DNA from: a candidate division FCPU426 bacterium
GTDB lineage: Bacteria; Oederibacteriota; JAAXVQ01; JAUVAV01
Reading direction: 5' to 3'
DNA: 64,000 nucleotides
Assembly (NCBI GenBank): GCA_040756875.1
Contig: JBFLYH010000002.1
Coordinates: 767,078 to 831,077, forward strand
Positions 27,710 through 37,435 of this stretch are shown here, one piece after another (position 1 is the stretch's first letter; each line of letters begins with the position of its first letter). The position numbers and the translations under genes were made by a program. The notes beneath the pieces are model-generated. The model searched no databases and had not been told where the DNA came from. It saw nothing but the letters and a program-made list of their open reading frames with translations.

Positions 27710-29101
27710 ATGACAGGTGCCTCGGTGAACCCAGCAGAAATTTATTCTCGGCAACATACTTTTTTCCGCACCGGTCGAACCTGGCCAGTCGCTTTTCGGC
27801 GTGAGCATCTTGTTCGCCTCGGCCGCGCCTTGATTGCGCACGAACCGGAGCTGTTGGCCGCTTTGCATCACGATCTGGGCAAATCCGAGATCGAGGCTTT
27901 CGCCTCGGAGCTCGGATTGGTGGCTCGGGAGGTCTCCCTGGCCATCAAGCGTCTGCCGGCCTGGATCAAACCCATCCGCAAACCCACGCCGTGGCTCAAC
28001 TGGCCAGCCAAATCCTTTCAACTGCCAGAGCCTCGCGGCGTCGTGCTGATTATGGGCCCCTGGAATTACCCGGTCCAATTGCTTCTGCTGCCCCTGGTCG
28101 GCGCGCTGGCCGCAGGCTGCTGCGCCGTAGTCAAACCCTCTGAATTTACTCCAGCTGCTTCCGAAGTATTACAACGCCTGATCCGGGATATTTACCCGCC
28201 GGAATATTGTCAAGTCGTGACTGGCACGGGCCAGGAAGCGGCCGCGCTCCTTGACCTTCCTTGGGACCATATCTTCTTCACAGGCAGCACCCGAGTCGGC
28301 CGTCTGGTCATGCAAGCCGCAGCCAAACACCTGACTTCGATCACTTTGGAGTTGGGTGGTAAAAATCCCTGCATCGTCCTGGCCGACACTCCTCTCGAGA
28401 TCGCAGCCGAGCGGATCGCCTGGGGTAAATTCCTGAACGCCGGCCAGACCTGCGGAGCGCCGGACCACTGCTACATCCAACGCCAGGTCCTGGGGCCCTT
28501 CACGGAAGCGCTCAAACGGGTACTTACCCGGTTCTACGGGGCCGATCCCCGCCAGAGCCCGGATTTTGGCCGCATTGTGAATATCGCTCACTTTGACCGT
28601 TTGTTGGGCTATCTCTCCCAGGGCAGGGTCCTGGCCGGCGGTCAGGTTGACCGCGGGTCACGGTATGTGGCCCCCACACTGATGGCCGATGTGCCTGAAA
28701 ATGCACCCCTCATGCAGGAAGAAATCTTCGGCCCCATCCTCCCTCTCCTGCCGTTCGATGACCTCGACGCATTGCTCGGGATCCTGCGTGACCGTCCCAA
28801 CCCTCTGGCTGCCTATGTCTTTACCCGGGACGCGGCCAGCCAGATTAAAGCTTTGCAACACCTCCGTGCGGGCACCATGGCCCTGAATGACACCATGAGC
28901 CAAATCACCAGCTCGCATCTTCCCCTGGGCGGGGTGGGCGAAAGCGGACAGGGCCGTTATCACGGCCAGGCCAGCTTTGCTTGTTTTTCACATTATAAAA
29001 GCGTGTTGGCCAAAGGATACATCTGGAACAACCGCATGAAGTATCCGCCTTATACCGTTCCCTTGAAATGGTTAAAAAAATTTTATGCCTGGCTGATGTA
29101 A
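27710..29101 (+). CDS. Aldehyde dehydrogenase, probably diapocarotenoid aldehyde dehydrogenase (Ald/AldH)
   Basis: PWNYP, FFTGS, LELGGKNP, NAGQTC, EEIFGP; located in the crt cluster. Confidence 0.88.
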   Translation: MTGASVNPAEIYSRQHTFFRTGRTWPVAFRREHLVRLGRALIAHEPELLAALHHDLGKSEIEAFASELGLVAREVSLAIKRLPAWIKPIRKPTPWLNWPAKSFQLPEPRGVVLIMGPWNYPVQLLLLPLVGALAAGCCAVVKPSEFTPAASEVLQRLIRDIYPPEYCQVVTGTGQEAAALLDLPWDHIFFTGSTRVGRLVMQAAAKHLTSITLELGGKNPCIVLADTPLEIAAERIAWGKFLNAGQTCGAPDHCYIQRQVLGPFTEALKRVLTRFYGADPRQSPDFGRIVNIAHFDRLLGYLSQGRVLAGGQVDRGSRYVAPTLMADVPENAPLMQEEIFGPILPLLPFDDLDALLGILRDRPNPLAAYVFTRDAASQIKALQHLRAGTMALNDTMSQITSSHLPLGGVGESGQGRYHGQASFACFSHYKSVLAKGYIWNNRMKYPPYTVPLKWLKKFYAWLM

Positions 29102-29126
29102 AGCCGCCTCGGGAGAATCACCGCCT

Positions 29127-29957
29127 ATGAAATTATGGCTATGGATTTTGCTGTCCTCTTACCCATTTCTCTGTCTTGGATATTTCCTTTTCCACCGGTT
29201 TTTCATCCTCCACCCCTCTCGCCGCCTTTCCGGCACTCCCGCCGCGTTAGGCTTGGACTATGAAGAAGTTTACTTTCCGGCCGCTGACCTGGTCCGGCTC
29301 CATGGCTGGTATTTGCCCGCTGTAGCTCAAGGGCTCCGGTTGGGGAGCCAGCGACCTGTGATGCTTTTTTTTCCTGGCAACGAAGGAACACTGTCTAAAT
29401 TCCTGGCACAGATGCGGCCCTGGCTGGCAAGCGGATTCGATGTGTTCATGTTCGGTTATCGAGGTTTTGGAAAAAGCGCCTTCCGCTGGCCCACCGAACA
29501 TGGCGTGCGCCTGGATGCGCTGGGCGCCTGGACTTACCTAATCCGCGGCCGGCGTTTGCAGCCTGGCCAGATTATTTTTTATGCCCAATCTTTAGGCTGT
29601 GGAGTGGCCTCCTGGGCGGCGGCCGAATGCTCCCCGGCTGCCCTGATTCTGGAAGGCGGCTTCCCCTCGGTCAACGACCTTGCGTCTCGGGCGGTGCCCT
29701 GGTTGCCCGTCAAGTGGATTACGACTGACCGGTTCGACACTGCTACGCATCTCGGCCGCGTGGCTTGTCCCGTGCTGGTGGCTCACAGTACCGAGGACCG
29801 CCAGGTACCCTGGGCGTATGGACAGCGACTCCTGGTTGCTGCCCGCAGTCCTAAAACCTTTCTCTCTCTGCGGGGCGAACATGCCCGCGCATTGGAAAAC
29901 ATGCCGGACGAATTTATGGAGGCCGTTATTTCCTTTCTGAGCAGCCATGCCGCGTAG
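29127..29957 (+). CDS. Alpha/beta hydrolase (ABHD13/Bem46-like)
   Basis: N-terminal TM, LHGWY, YRGFGKS, AQSLG nucleophile elbow, HS.ED. Confidence 0.85.
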   Translation: MKLWLWILLSSYPFLCLGYFLFHRFFILHPSRRLSGTPAALGLDYEEVYFPAADLVRLHGWYLPAVAQGLRLGSQRPVMLFFPGNEGTLSKFLAQMRPWLASGFDVFMFGYRGFGKSAFRWPTEHGVRLDALGAWTYLIRGRRLQPGQIIFYAQSLGCGVASWAAAECSPAALILEGGFPSVNDLASRAVPWLPVKWITTDRFDTATHLGRVACPVLVAHSTEDRQVPWAYGQRLLVAARSPKTFLSLRGEHARALENMPDEFMEAVISFLSSHAA

Positions 29958-30043
29958 GAACTGCCTGCTTTACGCTGCAATGATTCCTTGTTATGATAAA
30001 CGCCTCAGATGGACATCTCGCCCGCAGGAGGGGTCCAGATCCC

Positions 30044-31564
30044 ATGCCGGATAAAAAACGGATTGCCATCGTCGGTGCCGGACCGGGCGGTCTGACCAGC
30101 GCCATGCTGCTCGCCGCCCGCGGTTTTGACGTGACTGTATTCGAACAAAAAGACCGTGTGGGCGGACGCAACAGTTCCATCCGACTGGGCCAGTTTATTT
30201 TCGACGTTGGCCCGACGTTCCTGATGTTGAAACAGATCCTCGACGAAGTCTTCGAGGAAGCCAACCGCAAGAGCTTTGATTATTTGGAGTTCAAGCAGCT
30301 CGAACCCATGTACCGGCTGCAGTATCCGGACTTCGTGATCGAGCCCACGACGGACCGGCAAAAAATGCGCGAACAGCTGGAGGGCGCTTTCCCCGGCATT
30401 CAAGCTAACGCCGGCCTGGATCGCTATTACCGCGTGGAAAAACGCCGTTTCGATCTGATGTACCCCTGTCTGCAGAAAGATTATGCCAGCCTGGGAACTA
30501 TGTTTCATCGGGACCTGCGGCGCGCCCTGCCGCATTTATCCCTGGGGCGCAGTCTGATGGGTGTTTTAGGGGATTATTTCAAGCCTGAGTTGGCCCGGCT
30601 GGCATTCACCTTTCAGGCCAAGTATTTAGGCATGTCGCCCTGGGATTGTCCGGGTTTATTCGGGCTGCTGTCGTACATTGAGCACGCCTTCGGTATTTTC
30701 CACGTCACCGGTGGTTTAAGCGAAATCTCGCTGGCCATGGCCAAGGTGGTTCAAGAACACGGAGGCGTCATCCGCCTGAACACGCCGGTCAAGCAGCTGC
30801 TCCTGGACGGGCGTACCGTCCGGGGTGTGGAGCTGGTCTCCGGAGAAAAAGTCCCGGCGGATGACGTGATCATCAACGCGGACTTCGCCCACGCCATGAC
30901 GCACCTGGTCCCTGCCGGCGCCTTGCGCAAATGGACGCCTTCCGCCGTACAGCGGAAAAGGTTTTCTTGCTCCACCTTTATGCTTTATCTGGGGGTGGAT
31001 AAAATCTATGACCTGCCTCACCATACCATCGTATTCGCGAAAAGCTATCGGCAGAATGTCGAAGATATCTTCAAAAACAAGCGCCTGTCCCGGGATGTGT
31101 CCATTTATATCCGAAACGCGTGTGTGAACGATCCCAAAATCGCTCCGAAAGGAAAATCCGCGGTTTATATCCTGGTGCCGGTCGCCAATCAAACCAGCGG
31201 CATTGATTGGGCCCAGGAAAAGACCGCTTTCCGAAAGCTGGTGCTCGACACCATCCAGAGCAAGACCATCATGAACGATCTGGAAAAGCACATCGAGGTG
31301 GAGAAGATGATTACCCCGGTGGACTGGGTGAGCGAATACAGCGTGTACAACGGGGCGACGTTCAATTTAGGGCACAATTTGACGCAGATGCTCTATTTGC
31401 GGCCGCGCAACCGCTTCGAGGAGTTCAAGCATTGCTATCTGGTGGGCGGCGGAACGCATCCGGGCAGCGGACTGCCGACCATTTATGAATCCGGGCGCAT
31501 TTCAGCCAATCTGATTTCAAAATATTACGGTGTGCCCTTTTCTTCTAAAAATCTACATGTGTGA
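30044..31564 (+). CDS. crtN: 4,4'-diapophytoene desaturase (CrtN, phytoene desaturase family)
   Basis: VGAGPGGL, FDVGPTFL, KYLGMSPW.CP, GGGTHPGSGLPTIYESGRI as in Methylomonas CrtN. Confidence 0.85.
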   Translation: MPDKKRIAIVGAGPGGLTSAMLLAARGFDVTVFEQKDRVGGRNSSIRLGQFIFDVGPTFLMLKQILDEVFEEANRKSFDYLEFKQLEPMYRLQYPDFVIEPTTDRQKMREQLEGAFPGIQANAGLDRYYRVEKRRFDLMYPCLQKDYASLGTMFHRDLRRALPHLSLGRSLMGVLGDYFKPELARLAFTFQAKYLGMSPWDCPGLFGLLSYIEHAFGIFHVTGGLSEISLAMAKVVQEHGGVIRLNTPVKQLLLDGRTVRGVELVSGEKVPADDVIINADFAHAMTHLVPAGALRKWTPSAVQRKRFSCSTFMLYLGVDKIYDLPHHTIVFAKSYRQNVEDIFKNKRLSRDVSIYIRNACVNDPKIAPKGKSAVYILVPVANQTSGIDWAQEKTAFRKLVLDTIQSKTIMNDLEKHIEVEKMITPVDWVSEYSVYNGATFNLGHNLTQMLYLRPRNRFEEFKHCYLVGGGTHPGSGLPTIYESGRISANLISKYYGVPFSSKNLHV

Positions 31565-34500
31565 GCGTGCGCCCGTCCCCTTCGGCCCCATTCCTGACCG
31601 CCGCCTGGCGGTTTTGCGTTTTGGCGTTGTTTCCATCGGGACTGCCGGTCCGGCGGCTATCTCGGCCGCTTCGCGGCTTTTTAACCGCAAACCGGCTTTT
31701 ACATCCTGACCCACTGCATACAGCGTAGGCACCCACAGAAGCGTCAAAACCGTGGCCAACGCGATGCCCCACAACATGGCCATGACCATGGGCACGACAA
31801 AGGGGTCCTTGCCGCCCAGGCCGTAGGCCGTGGGGATCAGGGCCACAACCGTGGTCAGCGAGGTCAGCAACACGGGTCGCAACCGGGTTTGGGTCGCGTC
31901 CAGAATGGTGTCCGAGGAGATCCGCCCAGCCTCGCCCCGTTCCCGGGCCAGGTGATTGATAAAACTGAGAATAATCAGGGAATCATTCACCACCACGCCG
32001 CTCATGCCCAATATGCCGATCAGCGCCATAAACCCCATGGTGAGTCCCTGCAGCCAAAAAGCCAGGATCACACCAATGATCCCGAAGGGAATAGCCACCA
32101 GAATGATGAGGGGCTGGCTTAAGGAGTTCAAAAGCAGCACCAGGATGAAATAAACGGCCAAGATGGCCAAAACCCCCGCGCGAATCATGTTTTTCATCAG
32201 TTCGGCTGATTCCTCGGCTTCGCCTGTGGCCACCAGCCGGATGCCTGGAAACCGTTTGGCGACTCCTGCGAAATACGCAAAAACCTGGTCTTTGACCTCG
32301 TTGGAAGTGGTCTTTTCATTGTCCACGTCCGCGCTGATAGTCACCACCCGCTGGCCTTGAAAATGCCGGATCGCCTGAAACGACGGTTTTCGATCGACTT
32401 GGATAAAACGTCCCAGGGGCACCAAATGGCCGGCCTGGTTGCGGACTTGCAGGTCTTTCAAGGTGGCCATTTTGCGCCGGCTGGCTGGCTCCAACTGCAC
32501 CCGGATGTCCACTTCTTCCTGTTTGAAGCGCACGCTGGAAACGACCTCGCCCTGAAAAGCCAGCCGTACCGTGCCAGCCACATCCGCCACGGTCAAGCCC
32601 AGGCGGGCCAATTCCGCGTAATCAATGCGCAGTACTTCCTCGTCCTTGGCGTACTTCAAATCCGAAATCGGATCCAAGACCCCGGGCAAGGATTTCAAAT
32701 AAGTTAGCAGGTCGGCCACGGCTGCTTGCTGTACTTCCTGGTTGTCGCCCAGAAGATTCAACTCCACCGGACGGCCTACGGGCGGTCCGCCCGAATCCAG
32801 CTCGAAACTGACGGAGGCGAAACCCTTAAGGTTGGGGGCTTCAGCGCGCAATTGGTTGATGATTGCCGTGGCCTGCCGCCGGCGCTGTCCAAAAGGTTTC
32901 AAGCGAACGTAAACCAGGGCCAGGTTGTCGGCCCGCAGGTCGCTCATGCCCACGTTATCCATGCCCACCCAGGTTTCGTAAGACAGCAACTCGTCAGACG
33001 GCAAAGCGGAAACCAATTTTTCCACCTGCACCACCTGCTCGGCGGTGGCGCCGTACGAGCTGCCCGCTTCTGACTCCAGATGGATCATGAACTCTTCGGC
33101 GCCTTCCACCGGGAAAAGCACGAATTTCAGGTGGTTGGCGGCCACATAGGCGATCCCCAATATAAAAATAAGCCCCACCAGCAGCGCCCAGTAACGCCGC
33201 TTCAGCACCCAGTCCAGCATGGAACGGTACATTCGGCGCGCGGGAATAAAAAGCGGATCAATAATCGCCCCTCGCTCCTTCCATCCTGCCGGCCGCTGGC
33301 CGCCGGCTGCCAAGTGGCTGGGCAATAAAAAGAGGGATTCAAACAATGAACCCAACAGCGTCCCCATGATGATGATGGGAATCATTTTAATAAACAATCC
33401 CAGCATGCCGCCCAGGGCAAAGAGCGGCAAGAACGCCACAATCGTGGTGCTGACCGTGGCGGCGATAGGGCCCGTTACTTCCAGCACTCCCTTAAACGCG
33501 GCTTCGGTCATGGGCAGTCCTTCTTCTTGGTAACGGTGGATGTTTTCCGCGACCACAATGGCGTCGTCCACCAACATACCCAACACCAAAATAAACACCA
33601 TGAGCGAAATGGAATCCATGCTTCCGCCCGTGGCCGCATGCAGGGCCATGCCCGCGCCCAAGCTGATGGGCACGCCCAGGGCCGTCCAAAAGGCCACGCG
33701 CAAGTTAAGAAAGGTGATTAGAATGGCCAACAACAGGACAAAACCTATCAACGCATTGTTGGTCAGAATGTTAAGCCGGCGTTGCGTCACCTCGGTGCTG
33801 TCCCGGACCTTTTGGATGACGAGAGCGGGCGGCAGTTCATGCTTGACTTCGTCAAGATAACGGTTGAGGTGATTCATGATGCTGATGGAATCGGCCGAGA
33901 CCTTCTTATGCACCCGCAGTCCGATTGAAGGGACACCGTTGACCCCGTAGGAAAAGTGATCGTCGGTCAAGCCGTTGAGAATGCTCGCCACGTTCGCCAC
34001 TGTGATGCGCCGGCCCTCGAAATTAGAGCGGACGATGACCTCGCCCACTTCTTCCGGCGATTGGAACTCGGCCAAGGTCAGGACCGAGGTTTCATCGGCG
34101 AATGATTCCAGCGTGCCGCCAGTCAGCCGGATGTTGCGGGTTTGAATGGCCCGGGCGATGTCTTGCAGCGTTAAATAATCGCGTCGAAGCTCATCCGGCG
34201 ATACCTGAACTGATATTTCCCGGTCCCGGTAGCCAAGCTTGTCCACCCGGGACACGCCGGGAAGGGATTCGATGTCCTTTTCCATGCGCACCGCAATTTG
34301 ACGCAATTCCCGCTCGGTCAGCGTCTTGCTGGACAGCCCCAAAATGATCACGGGTATCCAGGAGGTTTCTATGTCATAGACATTGGGGCGCTCCCGCACG
34401 GCCGTCGGCAAATCCGTCACCTGATCCACGGCCCGGCGGACATCGTTTTTCACTTCCTCCAGGTTGTCGGCGTCAGGATCAAGGGATACCACGATGTTGG

Positions 34501-34768
34501 AATAATTTTCCATGGAAATGGACCGCACTTTGTCGATGCCGTCCACCTCCATCACCTTCTCCTCGATTGGGATGGTCACATTGATTTCTACATCCCGCGC
34601 CGAGGCTGCGGGGTAAATCGTCTCGATGACCATTTGCTGCATGTCCACGTTGGGCAATACTTGCCGGTTCAGGCTGGTCATGGAGAGGTATCCAATGGCC
34701 ACAATAATGATGGAAAGAAGGTAAACCAAGAGTTTGTGTTCAATGAAATACCGGATAATGCGATCCAT
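31553..34768 (-). CDS. RND-family efflux transporter permease (AcrB-like)
   Basis: 1071 aa, GMLVDDAIVVAENI, GVVVNDSLI, RLRPVLLTSLTT. Confidence 0.93.
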   Translation of the reverse strand: MDRIIRYFIEHKLLVYLLSIIIVAIGYLSMTSLNRQVLPNVDMQQMVIETIYPAASARDVEINVTIPIEEKVMEVDGIDKVRSISMENYSNIVVSLDPDADNLEEVKNDVRRAVDQVTDLPTAVRERPNVYDIETSWIPVIILGLSSKTLTERELRQIAVRMEKDIESLPGVSRVDKLGYRDREISVQVSPDELRRDYLTLQDIARAIQTRNIRLTGGTLESFADETSVLTLAEFQSPEEVGEVIVRSNFEGRRITVANVASILNGLTDDHFSYGVNGVPSIGLRVHKKVSADSISIMNHLNRYLDEVKHELPPALVIQKVRDSTEVTQRRLNILTNNALIGFVLLLAILITFLNLRVAFWTALGVPISLGAGMALHAATGGSMDSISLMVFILVLGMLVDDAIVVAENIHRYQEEGLPMTEAAFKGVLEVTGPIAATVSTTIVAFLPLFALGGMLGLFIKMIPIIIMGTLLGSLFESLFLLPSHLAAGGQRPAGWKERGAIIDPLFIPARRMYRSMLDWVLKRRYWALLVGLIFILGIAYVAANHLKFVLFPVEGAEEFMIHLESEAGSSYGATAEQVVQVEKLVSALPSDELLSYETWVGMDNVGMSDLRADNLALVYVRLKPFGQRRRQATAIINQLRAEAPNLKGFASVSFELDSGGPPVGRPVELNLLGDNQEVQQAAVADLLTYLKSLPGVLDPISDLKYAKDEEVLRIDYAELARLGLTVADVAGTVRLAFQGEVVSSVRFKQEEVDIRVQLEPASRRKMATLKDLQVRNQAGHLVPLGRFIQVDRKPSFQAIRHFQGQRVVTISADVDNEKTTSNEVKDQVFAYFAGVAKRFPGIRLVATGEAEESAELMKNMIRAGVLAILAVYFILVLLLNSLSQPLIILVAIPFGIIGVILAFWLQGLTMGFMALIGILGMSGVVVNDSLIILSFINHLARERGEAGRISSDTILDATQTRLRPVLLTSLTTVVALIPTAYGLGGKDPFVVPMVMAMLWGIALATVLTLLWVPTLYAVGQDVKAGLRLKSREAAEIAAGPAVPMETTPKRKTARRRSGMGPKGTGARSHM

Positions 34769-35067
34769 CGCCGCCTCCCGAATCTTCAGGGTCTCGTGGG
34801 CCAGTTTGGTTGAAACGAGGGCATTTGATATATTTTGGGATTATACGCGGGATTGGTTAGGCGGTGCACTAGAAAAACATTTCTATGCTCTGCCCAGTCA
34901 CAAGAAAAAACCACCGGTTTGCTGGGGGCCTTCTTATGACTGGTAGGTACTTATTGACCGTGGGCGAATCCTACATCTACCTGAAATACATTGCCTTATA
35001 AAAATCCTCCGCAAACGAAGCGTGAGTTGGCAAGCATCTCAAAATGCCAATGAATACCGCCCAACCA

Positions 35068-35799
35068 TTACGCAGCTGCTGTCCTCGAACATTTTTCAGC
35101 AACAATTAAAATTTGCCTCTCTTCTTCAACGCGAATCACTTTAAATCCGGAGACACTCAACATCGCTTCGGCTTGCGCCGCTGTCCACCGAAAAGTTGGA
35201 TAAAATCTATCCACAAAAGACTTCAGGACAACCCATAGCATTTTGCCCGGAGTTCGTCTTTCCAAATGTCTAATCCTATACTTAATGAGTTCGCTTATGG
35301 ATTGTAATAAAACCTTTGAGTCCTGTTTTGGCAACGATAAAACAATAGTTCCTTGTGGTTTCAGTACCCTGTGAAACTCACTCAACGTAAAATAGAAATC
35401 AGCAACCGCTTGCATAACACTCATACTGACAACGTAATCAAAATACTCCTGTGGAAAGTCCAATGGATAATTCAGATCTGCCCGCCGAAAAGAAACATTT
35501 TCAGACAAATCGCGGCTGATTTTTTCTTGCGCTTTTGCTAACATTCCGTCGGCAAAATCCGTACCGATGACACGAAAGCCGGCCTTTGCTAAAGCAATCG
35601 CGTAATTCCCTGTTCCACAACCCGCATCAAGAAGCCGCTCAAATGAATCAATCCGGCGGTTCTTTATCACCTCCACAATATAATGAGGTGGTGCCGAGAC
35701 CATCGCTGGCTCGCGTTGAGCATCCCATGCATACCGCCCATAGAGACTCCAAAACATTTGATGCGATTTCCAAAATAATTTCGTTCTTTTAACTTTCAT
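35068..35799 (-). CDS. Class I SAM-dependent methyltransferase
   Basis: LLDAGCGTG motif I, RVLKPQG; lower GC than the upstream genes. Confidence 0.88.
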   Translation of the reverse strand: MKVKRTKLFWKSHQMFWSLYGRYAWDAQREPAMVSAPPHYIVEVIKNRRIDSFERLLDAGCGTGNYAIALAKAGFRVIGTDFADGMLAKAQEKISRDLSENVSFRRADLNYPLDFPQEYFDYVVSMSVMQAVADFYFTLSEFHRVLKPQGTIVLSLPKQDSKVLLQSISELIKYRIRHLERRTPGKMLWVVLKSFVDRFYPTFRWTAAQAEAMLSVSGFKVIRVEEERQILIVAEKCSRTAAA

Positions 35800-35886
35800 T
35801 TATTAAATTCCTTATTATCATAGAATTCGCATCAACAAATAGTGTGGATAATTTTACCTTCCTTCTCGATGGAAGGGTTTACCAAA

Positions 35887-35908
35887 CTGGCGGAGAGGCA
35901 GGGATTTG
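35887..35908 (-). repeat. Direct repeat of the tRNA-Ser(CGA) 3' end (att-like)
   Basis: CTGGCGGAGAGGCAGGGATTTG identical to 36082-36103. Confidence 0.85.
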
Positions 35909-36044
35909 GCCCCTTTACTCGCAGAGTTCGCTACGTAGCCGCCCCTCGCTTGCTGAGGCCCTGAGGATTTTTCCCCTCTTTTCGCTCGGCGCTCGTTCGC
36001 TTCAAATCCCTCTCTATACCTATCCTCTATACCTATCCAGTAAT

Positions 36045-36074
36045 AAAAAAGCCCCCTCTGCAGTAGGGGGCTTT
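36045..36074 (-). terminator. Intrinsic terminator after tRNA-Ser(CGA)
   Basis: AAAGCCCCCT-7nt-AGGGGGCTTT followed by T residues on the minus strand. Confidence 0.85.
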
Positions 36075-36082
36075 CTTCTATC

Positions 36083-36174
36083 TGGCGGAGAGGCAGGGAT
36101 TTGAACCCCGGGTGCCCTTGCGGACACAACAGATTTCGAGTCTGCCGCCTTAAACCGGACTCGGCCACCTCTCC
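36083..36174 (-). tRNA. tRNA-Ser(CGA)
   Basis: GGAGAGG..GCAGA-CT-CGA-AA-TCTGT, long variable arm, GGTTCAAATCC, CCA. Confidence 0.96.
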
Positions 36175-36266
36175 AACTTAAAATCCCTGGCCGTATCTTC
36201 ATTCGTTCCCCGCTATTCGATTGGCGAGGGCCGCAAGATATTTTTCGCCTTTCGGCGTTTGCTTGC

Positions 36267-36343
36267 TGGTGGAGCAGAGCGGGATCGAACCGCCGACCTC
36301 CGCGATGCGAACGCGGCGCTCTCCCAAACTGAGCTACTGCCCC
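36267..36343 (-). tRNA. tRNA-Ala(CGC)
   Basis: GGGGCAG..CCGCG-TT-CGC-AT-CGCGG, G3:U70, GGTTCGATCCC, CCA. Confidence 0.96.
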
Positions 36344-36527
36344 ATCAAGGAACAAGCCAGGCTGGCTTTATTATATTATGACCAGCAACCGGTTGTTCAA
36401 CAACTTATTGTTTCCTGAGCAACTGATCAATTGAAAAGTAGGCCGCAGGCTTGCTTCTGTTTCTTGCTCTGTTGTTCTACTGTCCACCTGCTCGCCTGCT
36501 CTGCCGCTTTTCACCTGCGGTGAAAAG

Positions 36528-36620
36528 TGGCGGAGAGGGGGGGATTCGAACCCCCGAGGCGGTATAAGCGCCTACACGCTCTCCAGGCGTGCTCCTTAAA
36601 CCGGGCTCGGACACCTCTCC
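36528..36620 (-). tRNA. tRNA-Ser(GGA)
   Basis: CACGC-CT-GGA-GA-GCGTG, long variable arm, CCA. Confidence 0.96.
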
Positions 36621-36623
36621 CTT

Positions 36624-37127
36624 TTATACGTTCGCTTTCTTTTTTCTGGCACGAGACCGCCGCAACCGTTTAAAAAACCCTCTCAGTAACCGGCTGCTTT
36701 CGCGGGCTAAAACGCCGGTCTCAATCAAAGGCCGGTGGTTCAGCCTTGGGTTTCCCAGCACCGACAAAACCGAACCGCAAGCGCCGGCTTTGGGATCCTG
36801 GGCCCCGTAAACCACCTTAGCCACACGAGACCAGGTAATTGCCCCGGCGCACATGGCACAAGGCTCCAGGGTCACGTAGAGATGAGCGCCTTCCAAACGC
36901 CAGCCACCTTGCCGTCGGGCGGCTTGACGGAGAGCAATGATCTCCGCGTGTTGGGTGGCGTCTTTCCGGGTTTCAACCCGGTTATGCCCGCGGCCTACTA
37001 CTCTACCTTCGCTAACCACTACAGCCCCCACTGGGACTTCTCCAGCCTGTAACGCTTTACGGGCTTCCCGCAAAGCTTGCTGCATGAAGTATTCATCCGG
37101 GCGGGATGGGGTTTCTATCCTGGGCAT
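36624..37127 (-). CDS. tadA: tRNA adenosine(34) deaminase
   Basis: EVPVGAV, HAE, TLEPCAMCAGA, DPKAGACGS, LNHR; RBS GGAG before ATG 37127. Confidence 0.95.
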   Translation of the reverse strand: MPRIETPSRPDEYFMQQALREARKALQAGEVPVGAVVVSEGRVVGRGHNRVETRKDATQHAEIIALRQAARRQGGWRLEGAHLYVTLEPCAMCAGAITWSRVAKVVYGAQDPKAGACGSVLSVLGNPRLNHRPLIETGVLARESSRLLRGFFKRLRRSRARKKKANV

Positions 37128-37181
37128 ATCACTCCGCGCAAAACAAGCCCATGGCTTCGGTTTTCGCGCAGTAAAATAATC

Positions 37182-37258
<77 letters not shown>

Positions 37259-37367
37259 GAGGAGGGTGATTATACCTTGATCCAGCTAACCCGACAACAG
37301 TAAAAAAACGAGTCTTTTATTGGCGGCGTTTCCGGGAAGGAGTCCGATTCGAGGCGAGTGAAAAATC

Positions 37368-37396
37368 TTGCCGGAAAAGAAAATAGCCGCTATAAT
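37368..37396 (+). promoter_or_regulatory. sigma70 promoter
   Basis: TTGCCG-17bp-TATAAT. Confidence 0.6.
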
Positions 37397-37435
37397 TAGG
37401 CTCCAAAGTATATATATTACGCTAGGCGGTTTTCA

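Noticed and set aside
36175-36527. SRP RNA, often found near tadA/tRNA-Ser
   Set aside because: No GGAAGCAG domain IV motif on either strand
36449-36533. Degenerate CTGCT-like short repeats and a hairpin adjoining the tRNA-Ser(GGA) CCA end
   Set aside because: The repeats are too irregular; on the tRNA strand the stem is only 9 bp beyond CCA, most likely an ordinary processing or terminator-like trailer
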